DNA of 64,000 nt from Lingula anatina. Its lineage: Eukaryota > Animalia > Brachiopoda. This document shows, piece by piece, positions 23,020 through 33,400 of the stretch. Location: assembly GCA_051362555.1 (NCBI GenBank), contig CM120643.1, forward strand, positions 13,862,644-13,926,643, in the 5' to 3' direction. Numbering within the stretch: the stretch's first letter is position 1; the number at the start of each line of letters is the position of its first letter. A model generated the notes under the pieces. That model was not told the DNA's origin. It made no database searches and saw only the letters and a program-made list of their open reading frames with translations. The position numbers were made by a program, and so were the translations under genes.

Positions 23020-26000
23020 TTACAACTTCTTTCCTCTCATAGACATCATCCAGAGAGGTATCTTGATGGCTCCAGGAGTGACGGCAGAAAGCCAGGAGTT
23101 CCCATTCAGAAACATCAGGTCTTTAATGGACCGCATGTTTAACGGTTTTTTACCTGTAAAAGACATTGCTTTATTTTATTAAAAAAAAACATAAAATATT
23201 TTCACATTCATCCAATGGTAGGTAAAAATTGTAGAGATCAAGGAAAAATATAAATTAGAAATTCACAATTCAAAGTAAAAACAAGTTCAATGTAGCATGT
23301 TCCTATCCTTGTTCAAAGGATAAATAAACATGAAACATAGCTCAACCCATCCCTACACTTGGATTGGATCTTATATTCCATTTTTAATTGGCTGAGAGGG
23401 TAATAGAGACTTTAGGGAAATGGAAAATATATATATTATGAATAAGAATCTATGCAGGATAAAAATGTAATTATTTGGCATTTTCCAACATGTGCAAATT
23501 ACCTTTAAAGATAAAGATTTAAAAAATAAAATATTAAGAAAAAATCCTTACCATTTATATCAGTCAAGTCATATTCCTGTCCCAGATCTGCTGTCATCAA
23601 AACTTTTCCACTTTTCTTCATCACATTGGGATCTGAAATATCAATACAAAAATGAATCACTAGTCCACATCATCTAAAGCATTCTTCCTCTTTCTTTCTT
23701 CTTTTTTTTCTTTCCCTCTCACATCCTCCCTCATTTTGTACCTCGACTTTGTGAACATTTACATCATCCCTGAAAATGAGTAATTACCTCTGTATATGTG
23801 ACTGCTATGCACTTCAAGAAACATGCTTATTCAGGCCCGTAGCCAGCAATTTCAAAAGGGGGGTTCTTTTTCTGAAAAAGTGGACCTTTTCCCATAAAAC
23901 CTTCATGTACCTAGAACAAATTTTACCCAGAGTGGACCTTTTCCCGGCAAAAGGGGCGGTTCTTTCGAACCCCCCGAACCCCCTGGCTACGGGCCTGTTA
24001 TTTTATATTGATAAAAAGTAACTGAAACCTATAGCCTCACCTCATACACATACTATAAACATGTGTGACTTTATTATCTTTTTTTATTGTATCGAGCAAA
24101 TATTCAAATAATAATGCCCAAATGATTAAAAAAAATCAAACTTAGGCATTTCTTTTTCTACGAAAAGGCCACCTCAAACCTGATTTCTGACATACCTGCT
24201 GCTAGCTTGGCAATGCACATTCCAACATACTGTGGGCTTTCTGCATTTGCAAACAGTCTTGCTACCTAAAAACAAAACAAACTTTTAATAATTTGTCACT
24301 GTGTTTATGACCTTCACAATGGAATCAGACGGTACATGACCGAAATTGCCATACCCATATGAGCAGCATCACTCACTGTTCATTTTAAGTGCATTAATTA
24401 AGGGAGCAGGTCCACCCTTCAGTTCTTGGTCAGAAAACTTTATTAGCTCACCACTGGAGTGGAAACTAAAATTTATATGCAATCTGCACCTTAAACTTCT
24501 CTTTCTACAGATGAGTCTGCTTATTCTAAATCAAAATTAACTAGACGGTACCAGAGGCGAAAACTACAGCTGAGTGAAAAAAAATTAAAACATAATTTTG
24601 CTCCTTTGAATGGACTATTTAAAGTCGAATGGACGGAGTGAAGATGGCTAATTAACAGAAATGAAGAGTCTGTACATAAAAATGTGTCATCGGGAGCCTT
24701 CCCATAAACCCATCATACTAGCTGGATCCATCTTATTCTGTGGGGATTCTCTCCAAATTGCATTTAGTGTGAGAGGCTTAAATGTCTGGCATGCTACTCA
24801 AATTGCTAGGGGGTAATATTAAGGACAGTCAATTACCCCCTAGTTACTCAAGGGGACGTGCCAGGCAATCAAGCCAGTTACACTGGAAGCACTTTAGAGA
24901 GAAGCCCAGCAGAGTTAGATGGATCCAGCTAGTAAGATGGGTTTAGGGAAACACAGTCTAACTCACCATTTCTTTGGATACCCCGGGACTATCACCTTTA
25001 TCTGAAAGGTCTCCTTCCATCATCTGCTCTGTGAATTCCGTCAGAACTGCTCCTGGCCAGATACTCACAAAGGCAACATTGTGCTTCTTCAGCTCTATGG
25101 CACAATCTGCTGCCATGCGGTCACACTGAAAACACAAACATATCACAGGTGATATGGTCCCTATTTGTAACAGTTGCTTTCAGTTACATTACTTTAATTT
25201 GTCTTCCTGGGACCTGTCTTCACACATACTTAATACGAGGGTTTGCAATCGCAGAGTCCATCTCCTGAAGAGGTTTCATTAAAAAGACTGAATAATATCT
25301 TAGGTACACACACATCCAGTAATTTGTGTTAGTTAATTCAAGGCCTGCATCTTTGCACTCGAACTTGTAAAAAAAAAAAATGGATATGCCCTTGTTTATG
25401 TTTAGATTTTAAGGGTGGTGGTCTTACAAAATTTATTGAACTGACGCATAGGCTTAAATCTACATATAAAACTTTTACTTTATAGCATAAAGTAAATATC
25501 ACCTTTTGGCAACTGCTAAGATATTCAACTGCTAAGGGTGCATTCCCAGAGATTTAGATCGATCCAGAGATTTAGATATAGATAAACCTAACTCCCTGGG
25601 GGTTCACGCTAAATTGCAGTCAGCCCAGCGCACACCATAGTTAATTACCCCCTTACAGCTTTTAGTAGGCGGGACAGATGCTTTAGCCGGCTAAGCTGAC
25701 AGTAATCTAGTGAGACTCCCCACAGGGATAGATCAATCTAAAATCTATTTGAATGTGGTCTAAGACTATTTTCCAATTATGGAAACCAAAGACGGTTGAA
25801 CATTTTATTTGTCTTAAGGCCACACTTTTTTGTTTTTATGGATGACATCCTACGCGCGCACCGATTTTCGTCCGTTCTCCAAATAAAAAAAAAAAACAAA
25901 TCCCCCCCCCCCCCCCCCAAGGAAGTCGGTTGTCGCAAACGTCGTTATTGAATTTGCCGGAAAATGCAATCGGCAATCCTCAGCTAATTCCGCAAGCTCC

Positions 26001-28697
26001 ATACTGTCACTGTCGACTGCGGAGACATCCGAGTAGTTCCGAGTGCGGAAAATGAGCTTTCTGCGCATGCGTATTATCACCACGGGGAAATATGGCCGCT
26101 TTGCCGTCAAATTCATCTCTAGCATTAATTTCAAAATACACGTCGATTAAAGTCATAAAGAGAACGGGGGCCGTTGTTTTGGATTGGTATGCCATTGATA
26201 TTGGACATGGAGATATCACCTTTTTACAATTATACGAAAGGCTGGCCGCGGCCAGCGATCATCGCCCGGAAAATTTCAGTGACATTCTGTCCAAAGCAGC
26301 ACATACCAGGTTTTTTTTTTTTTTTTTGTAGAGAAAAAAGGGTCGACAAGAGCGTCGTGGTATTTGGTGGACTGAAGGCCACCCGATAGTTGGCCGCTAC
26401 GTGTGAGTCGAAGTAGACAAAATGGCATCGACCGAAATTACCTTTTTTAGATTTGGTAGTAGGAAGCATAGGCCTATCTTTGCTTCATTTTTTTAACAAG
26501 TCTGTGAAGTGTTCACAATGCTTTTATTTTATGAGAGTACAAATAAAGACACGCTGTTTATTTGATATTTGTTTTATTGATTGCTATACCAACAGAATGC
26601 ATGAAATAACCTTAAATAGATTTGGTAATATGCAGCATATATAGGGGGGCCTATTCATGACTTTTTACCTTTCTACGAAGTAGGCCCTATTCACAATGCT
26701 TTAATATTTTGAGAGCATGGATAAAGACATGTTGTTAGTTTGATACGTGTTTCTGTGGTAAATTAGTGTTTCCAGCTGTGTACTGAAAACATAACTTTTC
26801 TTAAGCAGTTTTTTTTTTGGGGGGACTGTTTTTTTTTTTCGCACGCTCGCACCGATTTTGGGGTCCCCAGAGGATGTCATCCATAAAAATAAAAAAGTGT
26901 GGCCTAATTTCTTTCTTTTTCATGTCAATACTTACCACAGTGACTATTGGGAAATGTCACATTTCCTCAGAGCAAAAATAAAAAAGAAACAAATGCTCTA
27001 AAGTATAATTCTGTTAAAACTCACTGCTTCCTTGCCAACTCCATATGATACATTCATCATGTAGGCCAGGCCTCCAAGTGAGGAGATATTCACTATTAGC
27101 CCTTGTTTTCTTGGCACCATCATCTGGCTGGCATACACAGAGCATATGTAGTGATTTCTGGAATATGGAGAGAAAAACTCTGGAGTTTCAGTGATGAGTG
27201 TGGTATGGTTGCCTCTTGAGAAAGAACCAACAGCCACGTTTGCACTTAAAAAGGACAATAACGCAACAGACCATATTTGAAAAAAAAAAAAAAAAACGCT
27301 TTTAATACCTGATATGAGAAAAAGGGACTGGCAAACTAGCATATCTGATATGTATTCCACTCAATACTAAGATTTTTAAAAAATCAGGTTTATGTTGAAA
27401 ACATCCCTTTTATATAATGCCCACAACCTATTTGGCAACATTATGCAAGATGATGTATCGTTTATCATCTTCAGCTGACCTAAGTCCAACATTGTTCATT
27501 TCATCCCAAATTGTGGTTGGTTGCTCCCAGAATGGCTTTCCATTATTATCAGTTATAGCCTAAAAATGAAATATATGATTTTTAAATATTAGATGGCTTA
27601 TATGACTGCATTTAAACAAGAATTTATTTTAAATTTACCTAACTTAGTCTAATTCTCAAAGAGAAGATCAACTGATTACATGTACAACACCTCTTGGATC
27701 AACCTACGTACCTTTGCACCTGAGTAAGCATTGTTGACCAGTATGTCCAGTTTTCCCTTCTGCTCCTCTTTAACTCGGTCAAAGAGAGCTTTAATATCTT
27801 CATCTTTACTGTGGTCACACTGTATTGGTATACACTGTCCACTGTTCTCTGATATCTGTAATTACATATTAGGGCCTATAATAAGAACGAGTGCTTTCTC
27901 TAAAATCATTTTAAATTTGGCAATTATATATATTTTTGTCAGTTAAAATTTCCACATTAATCTCTTAAAAAATTAATAAATAGCGGTCTTTAATGAATTA
28001 TCAATCAAATATCGACATGCTCTTTACCAGTTTACTAACTACTCCAATAAAAGATGATTCAATGGCAATAAATTACAACTTGCTTCATGTATCAAAATAA
28101 CCAAATGTTAAGTTTCAACAGTGGTTTGGGACTTCAAAGATATTTTTTCTACATATACCTCTTTGGACACCTCTTCCAGTGAACATCCTGGAAAATCTGG
28201 CCTTGGCTTCAAGGTACGACCTTGTATAAAAGAAAGAAAATAGTTTTTCAGTCTGACCACCCCATGCAAAGTTGCCTTTAACATATGGCCTAATATCATA
28301 GCAAGAAAAACTCTCTTACAATCTTTTGCTTCTGCTTTCAGTGCAGTATGTAAAATTATACCATTATATATAAATAAATCATGCGAAGGATCAGACATTT
28401 TGTATGTTGTTCACAACCTCAAAATCATTTAAAAATACCACACAAACAGTCACCACACATTCATTTCCCTTACACGCATACAAAATCTTTTACACACTTG
28501 TATTTAAACAACATGCTTTCACAGTCCTGTACTCCCCACCTCTCCTTTAACATAAACCCCTGATTACACATAACTGTTTCTTTACCAGTGATATATACCA
28601 CAGCCCCTGCCTTAGCCAGCTGGAGGGCAATCCCTTTACCAATGCCTCTGGTAGCTCCTGTTACTATGGCAACCTTGCCGGTTAGCGGTTTGGCCAT
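23020..28697 (-). CDS. DHRS1: DHRS1-like SDR, paralog B (324 aa)
   Basis: Exons 28586-28697, 28159-28220, 27712-27855, 27480-27559, 27025-27157, 24967-25125, 24196-24265, 23552-23632, 23020-23153; all GT-AG, same intron phases as paralog A. TGATRGIG, NISS, YGVGK; ends RGKKL. Confidence 0.95.
23832..23997. mobile_element. MITE family 1, copy 3 (intron of DHRS1-B)
   Basis: Perfect TIR CAGGCCCGTAGCCAG/CTGGCTACGGGCCTG with TTATT on both sides. Confidence 0.85.
24692..24958. mobile_element. Fold-back MITE family 2 relative
   Basis: Long imperfect inverted arms (TTCCCATAAACCCATC...CTAGCTGGATCCATCT / AGATGGATCCAGCTAG...GATGGGTTTAGGGAA) and central CTAGGGGGTAAT/ATTACCCCCTAG; similar to 44751-45016. 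Confidence 0.7.
25536..25760. mobile_element. Fold-back MITE family 2, copy with TAA target duplication
   Basis: TAA|GGGTGCATTC...GAATGTGGTC|TAA; near-identical to 14559-14783. Confidence 0.75.
25818..26904. mobile_element. 1.1-kb non-autonomous TIR element (PIF/Harbinger-like)
   Basis: ~33-bp TIR GGCCACACTTTTTT(G/A)TTTTTATGGATGACATCCT, TAA on both flanks, CpG-rich interior in an AT-rich intron. Confidence 0.8.
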
Positions 28698-30481
28698 ACT
28701 TCTGAAAAGAGATGCATACTATTTAATAGTGCAGTGCACAAAACATTAATGTTTAGCTAAAATACCATAAAAAGTGTACCAGTTTATTCAAGGCCCATAT
28801 ATTACCATTTATATTACATTCAACATTATTGCAATAGAAAGTGTTCACAGAGTACAAGATTTCTACCAGTTTTTTCATTGCATGCTGCTTTGCAACTACT
28901 GCATTACGAACTGACCTATGATGACACATTACTAAAAACAGCAGGCACTACCATGTGCCACTAGGCAATGTTTTGGAAAGGCTAGATTTTTAATGGACAA
29001 TTTGAATTTTTTTCAAAGTTAGTAAAGGTCTGCAAAACAAAATATAAAAACGATTAAGGACCACTGTAGGTTTTTAACCAGCATGTCAGATTTTTGTAGA
29101 AATATATATATTACTATATATAGTGTTTGGTACTGTAATTTTGGTACCCCCCCCCCCCCCACGTGCACCCTCTTGTTCCCAATTAAGTCAATATAAGGGC
29201 ATCAAGTTCTACTGCAAACTAAATGTAGCATATAGTTTACTTTGGAAGATTCATATTGTTTCGATAATAATATCTCATACTACCTGCATTTGTCCACTAA
29301 AATTCTTTCACTGTGCCCTCACATGCACATTACTCTGCATGAGAAAATGCTAGCATCAGAATTTAAACTATATGTTCATGCCTAGCTCCTTCACTTCTTA
29401 TGTGACAAATTTCATATTGCGAGTGGGGCAACTTTTGACTCATTTGAAAGTGGTCTCTGAAGCAAAAAAAATGCCAGACATGTTGTCACTAAAAACTTGA
29501 ATTGTGCTTGATCTAAATGAGATAGCTCAAAATTCAAACGGTGTATTTACACTCAGAAATGGAGCTTCTCAAGTGCCCCAAATTTCAGTATCTAGCTTAT
29601 TCTAAAAATTCCTGTGTGGACCTGGAAGCAATCGTACCTGTATTAGTACACGTAGACCCTAATACAGTAGGTTTAGTGTCAAGAAATCTTAGTGAAAATA
29701 AAAACTTACTTCTCAGTCATTTAGCATTGCCTGATCCAGAAGTGATCGGCAGGTCTAAAACTAAGTAGACTCTACTTGAAGGCGTGGTAGGAATTAAACC
29801 GCACAATCTTTTGTTTGTTTGTTCATGCAGTTGTTCATATAAAACTACCTGTATAAATCTTTATTATCATTATTATTATACAATGGGCTTAAAAAAAACA
29901 GTTAGATGATATGGTGATCTTATGCGTTTGTGATATACATATGACTCTGCCAGACGGCTGTGTTGACACGCGGTGGCGATGACCCGAGTCCAAAGAGAAC
30001 TCACCTCTGTTTACATTGGAGTTCACACACTGGAGTTCACCGATTGGTACGTCTGTCCCGCACAAAACTATCTCGCACTTTTACATTTTAAAATGTAAGC
30101 AAGCATATGAAATCGACTGTTAAAAAATAAATTATGAATTGTATTTCCACTTGAACATGATACGAACAAATTGTTATATTTTTCATTAATTTTTATTGAG
30201 AAAATTGGCTGAAATATAAAGAAGATCAAACGACTTACATAAAGCGCTAGGCCTCTGCTGTTGGGAGTGTACAACCAGCTGCTCCTGCAAAACTCACAGC
30301 TTCACTTCGGATTCATATCAATTTGTCTCACGCGTGTGAGTATATTTAATACCATCTTTTGCTACACAAGTTATCAAATTTCTTGGACCATAGATTAATA
30401 AGTCTATTGATGAAAGTTTTAAGGCGAATTTGTATAGTGCTTGTAGTAATAACATGTCAGTGTTGATTTGCAGGCTTGGCA

Positions 30482-33400
30482 ATGGCTAATCCACTTGCAG
30501 GAAAGGTTGCAATAGTAACAGGAGCTACCAGAGGCATTGGTAAAGGGATTGCTCTCCAGCTGGCAAAGGCAGGGGCTGTGGTTTATATCACTGGTAAATA
30601 GAATGGAAAAAAATTTATAACATGGTTTACCTCAACATTTTAGATATTAATTTGAAATTGCATCTTCACAGTTTTTAATTAGGTGCATAAATGTTGTAAG
30701 TTCTGTTCCATGTATATAGACTAAAAAGCGTATTGTATATTTTAAGTTTAAGTGCCAATTAAGCATTAGATTTTCCCTCTAAAAGATCAAATGCTTAGTG
30801 TTTTTTTTTTTCAAATTCCACCATCATTGCGAGTGCTGGCTGACTTTTGGGTAATGTAATTCAGAACTGTGTCACTATTGATGACTGGTGGCAAGATTGA
30901 AATAATACTTGTAATCATCATAAATGCATGTATTCATCTATATGACATGTTATTATTAAACATAATCATAATTAACTTTTTCTGACACTTTTATGCTAAC
31001 CAATCTAGGCCGCACATTGAAGCCAAGATCAGATCTACCAGGATGTTCACTTGAAGAAGTGGCTAAAGAGGTGAATCATTTTAACTTTCTGCATAAAAAC
31101 CTCATTTTCAGACAGTACATGTATGTTGACAACAAATTTGAGCGAAGGAATGAAACCTGTACCAATAATGACACCACAGTTTGGCTGGGTGAAAATTTTG
31201 TTTCAAGTTGATGTCAAAACATTTCTATAAAGATTGCATTCTTTACAGTTTTTAATTGTCTTCAGAATTAAGAATATATTGCTTTCTCCTAACTGTACCA
31301 GTACATATAAGAGGTACTAACAAGTTGTGTCTTAAATGTTGCAGTCTTTTGGCCACCCTGAATAGTTGGCCCCAGAAAACCATATTTAACCATGTATAAA
31401 GATAAAAACTATGTGTATATATACGAAAAATTAGTAGATACCATAAAAAGTTATGAAAGACTGAATGAACAATTGCAGTACATATGCCAAAAATTTCCAT
31501 TGGTCCAGTTGGAATAGTAATTTCAGAAAAACATTTATTTCTGTAATAATCTCAATCCAAAATTACTACACAACTTTTTCCCAGACTGTAGAAACCTTAT
31601 TATCTTTGCACTGTTCTAAAATTTATAAAACATTTTACAGATATCAGAGAACAGTGGACAGTGTATACCAATACAGTGTGACCACAGTAAAGATGAAGAC
31701 ATTAAAGCTCTCTTTGAGCGGGTTAAGGAGGAGCAGAGGGGAAAACTGGACATCATGGTCAACAATGCTTATTCTGCAGTAAATGTAAGTAATAGTTACA
31801 CCACGGAGTCACTGAGGTGTAAGTGGGTAGGGCGGATGTCACCCACCTTGAGCTTCAGAGCTAACTTGACACTAACTTCTTCACTGTAGCCTATCTTCAT
31901 CGTGTCAAGTAACCTCTGACGAAAATAGTTTGACCTAGTTTATATAAGCCAATCAAATCCATGTTTCAAAATTTTTCACCAAAGTTTGGTGAAAACGCTG
32001 ATTGGTTGACCGTCAATCGGCAATCCTCGGCTGATTCCGCAAGCTCCATACTAACAACAAAGTTATTGTCGAGTGCGGAGACATCCGAGTAGTTCCGAGT
32101 GTATTACCGTACACAAAGAAAGCAAGGCGAGTGACTACGAAAAAGAATGTGTTAAGTTATCTCTTGATTCTTTGCAAAATATGAGTAAATCGGAATTGAA
32201 ACCATAGGGTGTAGCAGTTTGAGGCCCTGCATCATTATCTACTGAGAGACGATGTTATTTGCCTGCTGCCCACAGGTTACGGCAAGACCCTGATATTCAG
32301 CCTTATCTTTGATTGGTCCGGATTTGAACAAAGCGCGCTTTGACACGTTCGCGTTCATTGGCTAGATCGTTTAATGAGTCATTGAGTGCGGGCTTTTAAA
32401 TTTGATTGGCGGGCGGCGGAGGCAATCGAATCTTGTCAGAGGTTACTTGACACGATGAAGATATGCTACAGTGAATAGGTTAGTGTCAAGTTAGCTCTGA
32501 AGCTCAGGGTGATGTCACCTATCTTGTGGGAAAACTTTTTTTACAGGAGTCCTAGCTATTATTTAGGTGGCAACAAATGGCCAGGAGTGCATGGACAAAT
32601 CTCTATACAAGGCACTAGCGATTTAGATATTATAAGGCTATTCTTCATCTTCTTCTTCTTGATTGTCTACCATGAGGCAGGTTTAGCATCTCCTACACCA
32701 TTCACCAAGATTTCCAGGCCTTCCTTTGATCACACCATAACTTTCTGTTCTGTCGTTTTCTTTCTTATTACGCCAGTGGTCGAACATTGTCATTCTCTTT
32801 CTTCCTCTGCCTCTTTAAGATTTAACCTGCTTCCAGTGACATCCCCAAGCAGTCCATGATGTGTCCTAAGGCTATTATACATGTTCATAATAGTCAAGAT
32901 ATCTCTGAAAATATTCAAGTATTGTAGACTTATTAATAGGGGATTTCAAAATGAGTAAAAAAAAACGCCCCAAAAAACAAAAATTATTGTTCTTTATGAA
33001 GGGTTATTTCAGTCCATGTAGTCTTCATCACAAATATACATATAGGAAAAACTTCTGATTTTTTTTTCAACTCAAATGATTATTTTAATACCTAGTTTTC
33101 AAAACTTTTATGTTGCCTGTTCTTCATGTTTCTTATGCATTTTATGGGACATTTCACATATTTTCATCCTTTATTTATCCATTACATTTTAAGGCTATAG
33201 GAGAAGCTATGGGAAAGCCATTTTGGGAGCAGCCAACAACCATGTGGGACACTGTGAACAATGTTGGACTTAGGTCAGTATAATATATAAAATATGGACA
33301 TCATGATATAAGATTGAATCCATGAAGTCCTACTTAGATCTATAGAAAAAAGGACTATTTTACTTTCCAAAGCAACCAATTTGCTTACTAGTTTTTCATG

